A stretch of DNA of 63,174 bases, counting the filler, from Neolecta irregularis DAH-3 (Eukaryota): assembly GCA_001929475.1 (NCBI GenBank). It is 12 parts of 12 records of this genome, joined end to end, with 100 filler letters (N's around TTAATTAATTAA, not from the genome) between each part and the next. Parts side by side here need not be neighbours in the genome. Positions count along the whole stretch, not along the records: positions 26,118 to 44,525 come from LXFE01001345.1; positions 44,626 to 52,803 come from LXFE01001349.1; 10 more parts are not named here. One strand, written 5' to 3'. How positions within the stretch are numbered: position 1 is the first letter of the stretch; each line of letters starts with the position of its first letter. The notes under the pieces were generated by a model, which made no database searches, was not told the DNA's origin, and was given only the letters and a program-made list of their open reading frames with translations. Shown here in pieces: positions 39,657 through 52,443 of this stretch. A program made the translations under genes and the position numbers.

Positions 39657-40626
39657 ATGTCCAATCCTGTATCTCCAGTCCTACCAATCCAGCCGAATAA
39701 ATACAATTATGCCCTTTCTGTACTCCAACAGCCTTTGCGGGCTCGAATGTGTGGTATGTCTTGATTTACGCCGTATTCGTTGACTTTTCCTCACAGGTTT
39801 CGGGGATAAGGATCGCCGTCCCATAACTCCACCTCTTTGTGTCCGTTTGCAACTTTTCGAGTTAGTAACAGGTCTTGAGCCGGATATTTCGTATTCTCTG
39901 ATATATCCGCCTTAGCTTACTCGAGAAGCAAAGTCGATACTTCTTTTTATGTCCTTACTGTTGAACTCTGGTCCTCTGACCATTCTCAGCCCTTAAATCT
40001 GGTTCTCCATCCCTCCACACAAACCATTATTCCTGCAATTTCCAGGCAGAATCTGTTCCCCCCTACAAATTCCAGAGATTGCGTTTCGTATGGCCAGACA
40101 TATGCTCCTCCCGGTGCTCAGCACTATCATAATATTCAAACTCAGTCTTCGCCCGTAGCATATATGCGGAACCTGATCGGAAATCTCGTTGGCAGTGCGT
40201 TCAAACTCACAGATACGGACGGGAAACTGGGTATCTGGTTCATCTTTCAGGATTTAAGCGTTCGAACAGAAGGAAAGTTTACGTACACAAATTTTGCAAT
40301 CATCAAAGCTGACAGCAAGTCTTAAGTTCAGTTTTTATAGTCTCGGAGTGTACGTTGCTCTTGCCGAAGTTCCGCTTGTTTATATATAGAGGTCAACGAC
40401 TTAATACCGGAAAGTCGCCGGTGTTGGCCGAGGTTTTCTCTCAACCTTTCACTGTGTATAGTGCTAAAAGATTTCCTGGGATGATTGAAAGTACCCCTTT
40501 GAGTAAATGCTTTGCAGGTATATTGATCGGCTTTCAGTTAATCCTAAATATCATTCAGCTCAAGGAATCAAAATTCCTATTCGTAAAGATGGAGCCAAGT
40601 ACAGAAAGGAAGACGAAGAAGAATGA
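39657..40626 (+). CDS. velB: Velvet-family regulator VelB, multi-exon (mostly missed by the ORF track)
   Basis: QQPLRARMCGFGDKDRRPITPP; insertion splitting the domain; RNLIG..SAFKLTD..GIWFIFQDLSVRTEG; FTVYSAKRFPGMIESTPLSKCFA.QGIKIPIRKD. Confidence 0.9.
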
Positions 40627-40828
40627 ATTTTCTGTATAGAATTTCCTTTCAGGCAGGATTACTTTGCGTTTTCTGGGATTCTTTTGGATTTGGGGTTTTC
40701 TAATTTTCTCGTGGTAGAAGTGGTCAAGGACTAGACCCTTATTTTGGGTTTCGTTGTTTACTTTGATTTCTGGATTGGTGTATCTGTTCGGACTGTTTAC
40801 ATAGAAGCATCACTTCTCCGGCTTTGAT

Positions 40829-43800
40829 TTACACCCTGAAGTCTTCTACAAAGCGATTCTGAACTTTCTCTAACCAGCGCCTTGATTTGAGCTTCCCATA
40901 GTAAATGACACATATACCACAAGGCTTGTTCATCCATGACGCCACTCTGAGCTTGAATAAGTAGTTCCTTAAGGTTTAATAACATCTTTCGCCTCTTGAC
41001 AATTTTCCCGGTTCGCGAATCCTCTCGCTTTGCGTCAGCTTGTTTAGTCAATTCTCGAGAAACTTCCATAGCTCGTTCAAACATTACAGCTGGTAGCGGA
41101 ATAATACTGGCTATTCCTAGCCCTTCCATCAGCAGATCCGACAATAGTTTCACACCATAATGTTTTTCTTCATTATATCCATCAGTGATCTTATAGATCA
41201 TTTTCAAATTGTTATCGTCGTTGGTCTAAATTTAATGACCCCTTGACCAGATATGTTGGTGTCACCTCAACTTCCATATGGAGATTGACAACTCCTGATC
41301 TATTTTCTAAGATTTTGGCTAATATGATGAAATGTGTTGCAAAAAGAACATGCGCCCGAGTCTCTACAAGACCTTCGCAGACGGCCATTGTGATTGCTAC
41401 GCCATCCGTGTTACTAGTTCCCCGACCTGACCTTCAGTATATCAAGACTAGCTGTATAGTACCCAATTCATCAATAACGACCAGACTACCCTTTGATACA
41501 TTTTGGAGGATAAATGCTGTTTCTCGCATTTCCAACGCAAAAGTGCTAGAGTTAACTTCGATACTGTCATCCATCGAAATTCTAGTGAAAAGCTGTCTTG
41601 TGATTGGAAAAGAAGCATATTCCGCAGGTATACTGAGCCATTAACTATTGAAATGCAGGAAATAACATGCAATGATCCGGTTTGAGACATGATTGTCAAA
41701 AGAGCAACTTGTCGAAGAAAAGTTGATTTTCCACTCATATTGCATCCTGTGATAATCTGGAAGCGGGTTGTCTGTGTCATGTAGACATCGTTTGGAATGA
41801 AGCGCTCGGTATGACTTGTTTCTCGGATTGGGTGCCTACCACCTTTGATCGCAAGGGTATCTGTAAATTCTGGACGAACTAGACTTTAGATTATCAGTGT
41901 TATGAATAAAGGGACCATAGTTTCGAATGGTACAATTATGAGCGAAGGACATGATCTGAGTGTAAAATATTGCTTTACTTTTGAAAGCACCATATCAAGC
42001 ATTGCAAGTCCTTCGCATGTTTTGTAAAGTGCTCCTATCTCTTTTCTAATGTCCGAAGTAAGTTGCTCAATGGTATTGTCACTCATCAAAAGAACTTCAT
42101 CCAATGAATCTCTAATTTTCGCATTCTTTTTGACCAGTTCAAGCGTAGTGAATTCGAGAGTCTTCTTCTTTTTGAATACATTGATAAAATTTGGATCAAG
42201 ATTATGACCATCGACTTCTGAGGCGAGAAGTGTGAGATAAAAGCCACGAGAGGATTCAAACTTGGAGTGGATTGGAAGCATTTGTTCATCTGCAGTTTGG
42301 AAAAATCAAGGCAAAGTAAAGTACCTCTATATTGGGCTGATAGTTCTATAGTATCAGATATCGTTTCCTTGTACGTCTGACGAGCGACATCAAGAAGACC
42401 GTTGACTCCAGACTCTGGGTGAAAAAAACATTAAACAAGGGTAATACTTTGACAGCGTAGCATCTCTGATTCCTTAAACTCAAGGCGCCTTTTGAGTAGG
42501 TCGTGTCTTCGTTGATGATTGAGTCGATAAGATTCTGAACATCTTGAATGCGTCCATCACTGCAAAGCTAGCTCTCAATAACTGTGGGAGGAGAACAAGA
42601 TAGATGTACATCTCGTATTGCAACCAGCAAGTTGCAAGAAGCTATCTCTAGAGCTTGGTACACTGGAACAATAGCTTTGAGACAATGCTTGAGGACTATA
42701 ATATCATTGATGCGCTGTTCAGAATGTTTGAGTGAGGGCTGATTTGTAGTTGCGAGAAGCTAGTGTTACAAGATGAACATCGTAAAGCGAGAATACAGAG
42801 GTAAGCAACCGGTCGAGGTCTGGGAAAGACTTTAAAGCTGTGTGTAAAGTCCCTCGAATAATGAAAAGAGAAACCTGTTTGAACACCAAAGAACATATCT
42901 TCATTCTCCAACAATTCCTGGACTGCATCAAGTCGGGCATTAATAGTGGACACATCAGTGAGAGGCTGAAGAACATTGGCTCTAAGTAGCCGGGCACCCA
43001 TCGGAGTTACAGTGGCATTTAATGCACCTGTGAAGATATCAAGATTGGAGAATTCAATCAAGATACCGAAAAGAGATAAAGTGCTCCTTGGGTTGACAAG
43101 ATTTTGAATCAATTCAAGATTTCTGATAGAGTTGAAGTCAATGAGCATACTCCCTGCATAAGATAAATTTATGACTTCAAATGAGACCAAGTACCGTCAC
43201 TTCCCTGATACTTGATCCGTAGAGAGCCAGGCACAAAAGGGTTGTGCAAACTAGTATATTGAAGTAGGGCAGCGGCGGCAGATAGAGCATAAAACTTGGC
43301 ATTAACAGATATTTTGGCAGAGGGTAAGTCTTCCGGGATAGCAAGCTAATCTGTTGACTAAAGAGGCAGCATATATGCGCATACCTGTTCTATGAGTTCC
43401 ATTCCGGCTTGTTCACTAAAGTATTTTCGAGCAACTGGTATGATAGTTGCGCCAGGAAGATTTTCTTCGACAATGCGTGCAAGTTTTGATTTTTGAGGAC
43501 CCATTGCAGTCATTGGGATTAGAATTTCATTCGGATCAAAGACGCTGAGTTTGTGCATTGTTCGAACGTAAGTTTGTGAGTCTTGAATCTCACATAAGAT
43601 ACATTCTCCAGTAGATACGGAGACAAAGCATAACCCTATATTTGCTGCTACACCGCGAGATTCAGTCAGTGCAGCTGTAAAAACGGGATCTCCGGCAGCG
43701 GTAGAAACACCTGTTCTGGGTCTTCCCCCGGCGGTTCTTGGACGGTTCGTTCTATATCTCGAGAGAGCAGGTTGATAAGAACAGCTAGGTGTAGAATAAT

Positions 43801-43846
43801 TTCCAGACGGATAGTCTCTAGAATATGGTGTTGTGGTCACTGACAT
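40829..43846 (-). CDS. MSH4: Meiotic MutS-gamma subunit Msh4, multi-exon
   Basis: RPRT N-terminus, [68 protein letters not shown]. Confidence 0.93.
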
Positions 43847-43931
43847 TTTGTAAGACAAGCCGCGGGATGGGTTCAAATTTTTGGACGACCACGACTGCGA
43901 CCCCGACCTCCGTTAATTTCGGAGACAAGAG

Positions 43932-44385
43932 ATGAACACCCCGGATGTCCATGAGCTGTACCTCCTCGAGGAAGGGATGAAAAAGTATCATGCTTTATTA
44001 TAGAAGCGAAACTAATGGTCAGAGTGGCCTATACGCCGGATTCCAAATTGCCAAATACCGGAACGTTCAAGTTTGAGAAGGAAGACCATACACTGGGAAA
44101 TATGCTTCGAACGTAAATTCCTAGGAAGATATACATGCTAAGGTTTGGAGGCAGCTTTTGCGGGATCCACGCGTGCAGTTTGCTGCCTACCGAGTGCCAC
44201 ATCCGTTAAATCATTCTTTTGTTCTTCGGGTCCAAACGGATGATGGATATGGTCCCAAGGAAGCAGTAATCGCAGCAGCAAGTCAGCTAGTGCAGCAGCT
44301 GACACAATTGAAGAACAACTTTGACCGTGAATGGGGCTTGAAACAGATTTCAAGAGAAGGCGGTGATGATTTTCAAGCCTTTTAA
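43932..44385 (+). CDS. RPB11: RNA polymerase II subunit Rpb11, 3 exons
   Basis: MNTPDVHELYLL, KEDHTLGNMLR, VQFAAYRVPHPL..LRVQTD. Confidence 0.95.
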
Positions 44386-44735
44386 GGAGAGATTTTGGGA
44401 ATCATTTCTGCTAGATAATGGGGTTCGGACATTTTAATGGGCAGGATATGCTATCCTAATCCAGTTTTCTTGAGACTTCCTTGTGCATGCAACAGTATCA
44501 AAAAGATGCCATATTACAGATCCCANNNNNNNNNNNNNNNNNNNNNNNNNNNNNNNNNNNNNNNNNNNNTTAATTAATTAANNNNNNNNNNNNNNNNNNN
44601 NNNNNNNNNNNNNNNNNNNNNNNNNAAAAAACAGGTATTGCCTCAGTATGCTTCAGCGAATTCAGCAGAACTCGGAAGGAGATATAATAACCCATCTTCG
44701 CATTCCCAGCTATTACAGATCATTTGTCTCCATCA

Positions 44736-45644
44736 ATGGTTTTTACTTCTCTCGAATCGATTCCCTCTTTTACTGCCTTTGGTCATCGCCTCCGCGTCCA
44801 TCTTAATGGTGAAGACACTATCCGGCAAAGCGATGAACAGTTCGACCGAACGTGGCCGTTCTCATCAAACTATCAGAAGACCTATATGTCCGATTGTGTA
44901 TACGGACTATTTACATGTGTCACTATGCCGGATGTATTACCTGAACGTTTGCGGATATGTTGTGACCTTATTACTCTCCTTTTTCTCCTCGACGACTATA
45001 TCGACGCCGAAAAGGATATCGGGGGGGTTGCGCTTGCTCGGACAGTTTTCGAAGTATTCGGTGGCTCAATTGAACCTAACAGTTGCCTCGAAGATTTTGC
45101 AGCAAATCTACGTTCAGGAATCCAATTCATCGATCGATGTCACGCTAAGAACATATACTATAAGATGGAGGAGTTTCTCGCCAATTCGAGATTTGATGAA
45201 AGAGAGTTTAATACTGTGGAAGAATATCTCCCATTTCGCAGACGCAACGCTGGATATGACTTTATTACGTACATTATTCGGTTTGGCATGGATTTATGTA
45301 TCGAGACGGAGGAATTTTCTCGGCTCGCGCATATCGATGCTTTCGCTGGGAACTATGGAATTCTCCTCAACGATATGATCAGCTACGACAGAGAAGTGCG
45401 GGAGGGCGAAAATAGTGCAAATGCAGTTCGCATTGTGCTTGAAACAGAGCACTGCTCTGTGAAAGCGGCAAAGCAGAAAGTCCTCGAACTAGCAATGGAG
45501 AATTATGCAAAATATTTCGCCGCGAGGGACATTTATGTAACCGATCATTCAGCCTCTTTGGAAGGGAAAGAATACGTCCTTTCTTTGGAATGGGCCATGA
45601 GCGGAGTAGAGTACTGGAGCGTCGTAACGGCGAAATATAGATAA
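44736..45644 (+). CDS. Class I terpene cyclase (sesquiterpene synthase-like) TPS-1, intronless
   Basis: DDYID (DDxxD), RRRNAG effector Arg, NDMISYDRE (NSE), WSVVTAKY. Confidence 0.9.
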   Translation: MVFTSLESIPSFTAFGHRLRVHLNGEDTIRQSDEQFDRTWPFSSNYQKTYMSDCVYGLFTCVTMPDVLPERLRICCDLITLLFLLDDYIDAEKDIGGVALARTVFEVFGGSIEPNSCLEDFAANLRSGIQFIDRCHAKNIYYKMEEFLANSRFDEREFNTVEEYLPFRRRNAGYDFITYIIRFGMDLCIETEEFSRLAHIDAFAGNYGILLNDMISYDREVREGENSANAVRIVLETEHCSVKAAKQKVLELAMENYAKYFAARDIYVTDHSASLEGKEYVLSLEWAMSGVEYWSVVTAKYR

Positions 45645-45994
45645 GTATTCCGAGAGTTGGAGTGTCTTTTTGTGTTCCATATACCAGTGAAGTTTGTATG
45701 CTACGGTAGAATAACATACGTTCATCAGTACATTGTTGCAAGGAAAGACTATCAGTAAGACATGTATCTCGCTTCTTGAATTCTAGAATAAGGCTTTATC
45801 GAAGTGGTTGCATTGTCAAAGGTCAGACAGGTCAAGAGGGAGTGACTATTTTACATTTGCCATTGAAGAAACACAAAAGGCGGGGTGTTTTCCATTCTTT
45901 TTCCCAATATAAGGACGATTGATACGCAGCTAACCGGGACTAGAATGGCCATTTAATGAGTCGAATATTCTGACAGGCAATTCAACAGGGTAAA

Positions 45995-46173
45995 TGTAAG
46001 CATATACCCTCGGGTATGGCTTACCATTACGGAAGGAAGGCTTGCAATGATATTGCGGCGTTTTAATATGTACTATAAAAGGTAGATAGGCCTTCATACG
46101 TAGCCAAGCTCAAGTCACTTAGGCTAGTTTAATAAAACCTGGTCTTATTCGAACTCGGGCTCCAACACTTACA
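45995..46173 (+). mobile_element. Solo LTR, family A (179 bp), near-perfect TSD GTAAA/GTGAA
   Basis: TGTAAG...CTTACA terminal inverted ends; aligns with 153-362. Confidence 0.85.
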
Positions 46174-46705
46174 GTGAATGTGGCCGAAATATGGAAATTG
46201 GAAACTTTTCTATCTTCGAGAGATCTTTTTCGTGATGAGGTAGATAAAACTGAAAGTGGAAGTGAGCAATAATTTTGAAAATAAGATACCCAAACATGGT
46301 AAACCTTTGGCAGAGATCATCTGAATAAAAATAAAGGTTTAAACGATAACCATATTTTCGTTGGCAAAATTTAATCATAGGTGTTTCTATTCCGAGCTTA
46401 GTCTTAGTCCTCTCTGGGCGACTTACTGCGCTGGATTGCATCTTCGGGAGAGTCCTTGTGACCTCGGGTGTCTTCCTCTCCTCCCAGAAGTCCTTCCAAT
46501 TATCCATACCTAATGACTCACTGTCGAAGGAAGTTATTGACAGGTATCCTCAGTTAGAAAGCTGAAATTGTAAACGCCGATATTTTTCTCTATATTGAGA
46601 CTTGAAAGCATTTCTCTAAACATAGCCCAGTTCTGATTTTCCGTTGCCTCCGTTGCCATATTTGTATCACTGTCCACTTATCTCCGCGAAAAGTGTCATA
46701 TCATG

Positions 46706-47020
46706 TGTCAGCACACGACCTGGGGTTTGGTGCTGATGTGGACTTGGGTTGGATATGCCGACGTAGATACTATCAGTAAGAGTAACTACGTATATTGAAT
46801 ATCAGGTGAAAGCCTAGCCAGCTAGCCCAGCTAGGCGCTACTTATATACAGATTCGGCACTTGTGCTGCTAGTGCCATCTGCCTGCCTGTCTTTCTGTTG
46901 CCTTGCAGGGTGGCGATGCTTGTGACCGGCCCGACTGGGATGAGCTGCTCGGTGCTCCTTCCGATGATTGGGCGGTGGCGGTGGCAAGCTGGCGGGGGTC
47001 GCGACAGTTGTGTCCCCACA
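46706..47020 (-). mobile_element. Solo LTR, family B (315 bp), perfect 5-bp TSD TCATG
   Basis: TG...CA ends; TCATG at 46701-46705 and 47021-47025; TATATAAG on the minus strand. Confidence 0.7.
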
Positions 47021-47519
47021 TCATGCTTCGAAGCTTCGATTCAAATTAAAGAAATATGCTAACACTGCCATCCAAAAAAATTATTGAATATGATAGCCAT
47101 TCTGGGAGAAGAAAAACCCCTACAATCAATTTCTTAAATGAGATCTGATGGTTGGGAATGCCCGATTTCAAACACAAATATTCTGGACTTCAATCATTTG
47201 GACCACAGGGCAAACATTCCCTTCTTGCTCAGTAAATTACCGACTGATTGTTCCCGGCGCCTTCCAGTGGGTCGCTCGTCCTTATTATAGACCAACGGCC
47301 GAAGTCCCCGATGGCGTTCCTCTAATTTACAGTCCTGGCCCAATAAGATTTGCATTGCTCAATCTGTAACCGGCTTTGGGATAATCAATTCGAGTATAAG
47401 GTAAATTGTTCTCGCCGCTTTCATTCACTGGTTCGATTTTCAACTTATCAACGCTTGTTTATCGTTGTTAAATACACGTTTGTCGTTAGGTGCAGCTCAG
47501 CTCCATTGCACATATTCTC

Positions 47520-47900
47520 GTCAGAATCATTTAATCTGTGTTCACCTGCAGGCTGCACATTTCGGATTGTCCAGTAACTTTTGTTACCTTATGTACTGGC
47601 CTTCTCGGTCTGGATCAGAAAGAGAAATCTTTGTCGACAGCGAATTTCGGCTATTCACTTGCAGTATTATGCCAGACGCGCTCCAAGATCGCTTTCGGAT
47701 ATGTTGCGATATAGTGACGCTTTTGATCTGCTCAATCATTTCATCGATGAACAAGTTCCTGCAATGTCGAAGCTTCGCAAAAGAAATCTTTAGCATATTC
47801 GACGCTTATATCGAGCCCACAACCACAATTGAAATATCGGTTAAAGGAATTTGGTCAGATATCCGTACTGCTGCTAAAGAGAATCAAAGAGATGGAAGAC
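47520..47900 (+). pseudogene. Truncated, frameshifted terpene cyclase paralog
   Basis: YWPSRSGSEREIFVDSEFRLFTCSIMPDALQDRFRICCDIVTL aligns with TPS-1/2; DDxxD eroded to NHFID in a shifted frame; C-terminal half absent. Confidence 0.85.
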
Positions 47901-48122
47901 TCTCTTCGATATGTACGCCTATATTGAAAATTTCTGCCGCTACAAATCCCTCAATTTCTTCCTATTTGTCATTTATACTTATCAATTCTGGTTTCTGTTG
48001 GACAAAGGCATCGTAGTAATTGAGCTTCAAACTATATAGTAAAATTAAGAGTGAATCAGAACCAGAGGTGGTGGAATTCTGCCGAACTCCAACCACAACT
48101 CAATCTTGATGATTATTCGAGT

Positions 48123-50073
48123 ATGTCTCGCAAAAGACAACGTTCAACAGATCCAAAGTCAGAATTCGTCTTCCTTGGAACTGCTTTGCCGCCATTGGAT
48201 CCTGATGCACGAGATGATGGGTCTTTTCAACCCTTATGGAAACAAGAGGTATCAAAGTCCATACCACATTTGGGATCTCTGATGGGCAGGTTAGGGATGA
48301 GAGAGGCAGGAAACGACTGCATGGTGCATTTACTGGAGGCTGGAGTGCCGGTTATTTCAATACGGTAGGATCAAAAGAAGGATGGATACCGGCGACTTTC
48401 AAATCTTCTCGTGAAAAAAGGGCCCAGTTTCACCAAGCGACAGCGGAAGATTTTATGGACGAAGAAGATCTCCAAGATCTGGCAGATAACAAGGAAGTTG
48501 CAACCAAGGAAGGGTTTGAAGGAATTGGGAGCACCGAGGAAGATGTTTTGAGAAGAGGTCTCGATGACCTTGTAACAAAAGATGAATCTATTGGTATCAA
48601 ATTGCTTCGGAAAATGGGTTGGAGAGAGGGTCAAGGAGTTGGGCCTAGAACTGAAATCGAAACCGATGATCCGAATGCAATAGGATACAAGTTTGCTCCG
48701 AATAACACTATATTGGTGCTTTTGAAAAATAAACGGGATTCATACGGGCTCGGATGGATCCCGCATTCTGGACTGGAGAAATTACACAGAGAAGTTGAAG
48801 ATAAAGAGGACAAAAATACAAGAGGCGGAATTGGAGTTGGAATCCTGGATGACGATGGAGAAGACGAAGACGATCCATATGAGCTTGGTCCAAAGATTAG
48901 CTACGACCGTATACTCGGCGAGAAAAAGAAATCTGGGAAGAAAGCAAAACTTAAGGCCGCCAGCCGACATGCTTTTCTACCTCGATCTCGGGCTTCCACT
49001 GTTCGAAAATGCCACGACGGACGGCTGCCGCTGGAGGGATTCGTATTGTCCTTAGCCCCTTTGATGCTCTCCAGCAAATGGTATGTGTACCCCTCAGAAT
49101 CAAGTAAACATGCAGGTTTGAACCCCCGGCAATCCCATCAGACTTTATTCCAACGGCCTCTGGGGATGGTTCCGCTAGTATTCAATTGCCAGTTAAAGAC
49201 CTCAACCCAGCGAGTCGCGGTGCTTTGCTTGGAGAAACACCTTTGCCGGGAAAATCAGTCTTTGATTTCCTTACGCCAGCTGCAAGATCGGTACTCGTGC
49301 AGGCTACTGGTCGTGAAGATCTTCCAGCAGCACTAGGAGAAGTCCATGAATCAACACATATACCTATCCTTGATCGAGAAAATGCGATCTCTGCATTACG
49401 TGGATATATGCCCTATGCTGATGACGCGAAAAAACAGGCTCGGTATAAGTTCTTTTTAGAAGTGCAAGCGGGATTTCGCGAAGAGTTCGACAGGGTATGT
49501 GATTCAATCATTCCAACTGTATTGATATTACCAGCCAAAGACTCAAACTCGAGATCATTGGATCAAGGAATTACGTGAATTCGCTGGTGCTGCAAAAATC
49601 TTCAAACCGATGAGTCAAATGATGGCATCGAGGTTTACAACCTCCTCTTCGACCGTCCAGAGCTCAGTTGTTGAAGATACGGGCCAAGGTGGGATCTCTG
49701 CACCGAAAGAAGTTTGATTGATCCCATTTTCATAATTACTTATTTATAGCTTTCTCAAGCTGAACAAGCTGCTTCAATTTCAATGTTTGGACCCCTCACC
49801 CGAACAATCGCAGACTGGTATCCCACACGACTTCTTTGTAAGCGGTTTAATGTCCGTGACCCGCATCCCGAAGGTTCAAAGGTTCCTGTGGAAGATGATG
49901 AGAAAGATGTCTTACGAAAGAGCGTGGTCCAGGATATGATGAGAGAACGAACTGGAGAAGCGAATTACGTAATCCCTGATGCGAAGAAGTTAGAAACTGA
50001 GCGAAATGATGCCTTGGAAGCAGACAGACCAGATATGGGTGTGTTCGAATCTATTTTTGGTGGGAACGATTAG
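48123..50073 (+). CDS. G-patch domain splicing cofactor (GPATCH1/Gpl1-like, DUF1604), multi-exon
   Basis: VRDERGRKRLHGAFTGGWSAGYFNTVGSKEGW, SIGIKLLRKMGWREGQGVGP, WYPTRLLCKRFNV. Confidence 0.9.
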
Positions 50074-51452
50074 GGAAGAAACCTTGTTCAGGTGGCATGC
50101 ATGGAAACTCAGAAGAATCATTGAATTCAGTCATTCTACAACAAACAAGTGGAGGTTGAAACGTGTGGTTCTTTTACAGCCATTTGGATATCTACTGCGA
50201 AAGTTTAGAAGATATGCCTTAACTTGTTCTCACCTGCAAATTATCGAAAAGTACACTTAAGTCTCCTGATGTCTGGACTAAGTCTTGGGATCAATTATTT
50301 TTCCATTTGTGTTACAGGTTCCTTCCACACTTCTGCTATTTATAGCTAAGTCATGCAATCAGAGGCTTCAGTCTAGAGTTCTAGTATTTCGCAAACTCAA
50401 TACTCCTGTCTGTGTACATATGCTCAAAATCATATCACCAGATTTTAAATACGAGTGGAACCACTAGACATCGTGATGGGCCGGTAGAAGCTGTGGTAAA
50501 CTTCGTATTCGAGTTACGCCATAGCCGTACTGTCATGGCAACGTCGACAGAAAAATAAGCTCCTAGCAGTACGAAGAAATGATCTTTCGACACTCCTAAT
50601 ATTATTCAGTTTGCAATAGTTACAACGCCGGTCAACCCTTGCTTCGATTTAATCTTTTTAATCACAGACCACGACTCCTTATTTTCACAGCACACTTTGA
50701 TACCGTGTTGGAATTATCAAGAGCTTCGAATGTACCCCAAAATAACGACTTATGCTGAGGCTTAGTGATCACAATGCTGCCAACTTTTCCAACAATGACA
50801 GTCGTCTCGCCACTTGTTTTCACAACGATTTTACCGTCGAGCGATCATATTTGCTTCCTAACGGCTTGTTCTAAACTTGATCATGATTTCGCTTGAAATC
50901 TCTATTAGATTTATTTATCCCTCTTGCCGGGTTACTTACTCATATAAGAACGCGCGATCCCGATCCGGCTTTTCGTTTCTATTTTAGTTTCTTTGTATAA
51001 CCTAAGGTTAGACTTTAACTTAGCTTGACGACACCATGGCTTCGCAAATCAATTATCCAGTCCCAAGAGGAAGTCCGAGTCTATTATTAGCTGGATAGAA
51101 TGTCGTGGCCATATAAGCGCTCTAGATTGGCCAACAATCGACGCTTTGCAGTAAAGTGATTGAAAGGCCATTCAGAGATGTCAGGTACCCAGGAACCTCC
51201 GGACGCATGATGAAGCACGGACACAGCACCTATACTGTAAGCAATGCGTGTGATGCTTTACAATTAAATTTGAAGTGATGAGCCAGTTTCATCTGCAGTC
51301 GCATGATCTTCGTGGCCATCTGCGAATAAATAAAAAGGTCTCTTGTTGGATTTGTCCTCCCTACCAAGCCATTGATCATCTTTCCTCATCCTTGATCACA
51401 TCCGCTGGCAGACCGGTATACTTTCAACGATACCTTTTTTGAAAAATCATCA

Positions 51453-52349
51453 ATGCAAACTTTCCCCAGTATCTCATCGCTCGGCAACAACGTCCGTTCT
51501 CACCCACTTTCAGAACACGTTAGTGAAGCCAGTGACGCCCATTTTCTCGCTACCTGGCCGTTTCTAAATGACAGCGAACGTCAATATGTTTCTGATTGCA
51601 AATATGGCTTATTCGCGTGTCTTTGTTTCCCGGATGCCCTCGCCGAACGTTTAAAAACATGCTGCCAAATTCTTACTCTTCTATTTCTCATTGACGATGT
51701 CGTTGACGCAAAGAACAAACTAGAAGGTGCAAATCTCGCCAAACGCATCATCGGAGTCCTTGGAGGAACATTGGAAGGGCAAACCCAAACGGAAAAGTTG
51801 GCCCTTGAAATTTTTCACGATCTCAGAATGTTTGATAAATATCAAGCACACGTCATTTACTATTGGATCGTCAGTCTTCTCTCGAATTCGGACTTCCAGA
51901 GGGATGCATATACCAATGTTTACGACTATCTCCCATTCCGTCGCCTGAACTCTGGATGGTTCTTCATTACAAGCGTGATGCGCTTCGGTCTTGATGTTTC
52001 GCCTCGATATTATGACATCCAAGCCCAAGAATGTGATGTCTATTCTGGTAACTATTGTGTTCTTATAAACGACATTGTAAGTTACGATCGAGAAGTTCAT
52101 GAAGGCGGAGACAGCGCGAACGCGGTTGGCATTGTTATAAGGAACGAAGGTCTATCAGCTGTTGAAGCCAAAGATAAGGTCTGCAAGATTGCATCTGAGT
52201 TTCAAAAGCTATATTATCTTGCAAAGGATAAATATATTGCTAGTCAAACTTGTTCAGAGGATGGGACCAGGTTTGTAAATGCTCTGGAATGGATTATGGG
52301 TGGGAATGAGTGTTGGAGTGCGCTTACAGGCAAGTATAAGGTTGCCTAA
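51453..52349 (+). CDS. Class I terpene cyclase TPS-2, intronless
   Basis: DDVVD, RRLNSG, NDIVSYDRE, WSALTGKY. Confidence 0.9.
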   Translation: MQTFPSISSLGNNVRSHPLSEHVSEASDAHFLATWPFLNDSERQYVSDCKYGLFACLCFPDALAERLKTCCQILTLLFLIDDVVDAKNKLEGANLAKRIIGVLGGTLEGQTQTEKLALEIFHDLRMFDKYQAHVIYYWIVSLLSNSDFQRDAYTNVYDYLPFRRLNSGWFFITSVMRFGLDVSPRYYDIQAQECDVYSGNYCVLINDIVSYDREVHEGGDSANAVGIVIRNEGLSAVEAKDKVCKIASEFQKLYYLAKDKYIASQTCSEDGTRFVNALEWIMGGNECWSALTGKYKVA

Positions 52350-52443
52350 CAGATAGAATAACAAGTTTTGTAGTTGTCAGCTCTTATTGTATCCCTAGTA
52401 TAAATAGTACTAAGGATACCACTTCAGATGGACCAAAGTCCAT

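Noticed and set aside
50640..50860. Possible kinase remnant on the minus strand (..KCAVKIR..)
   Set aside because: Single weak motif with no other kinase subdomains.
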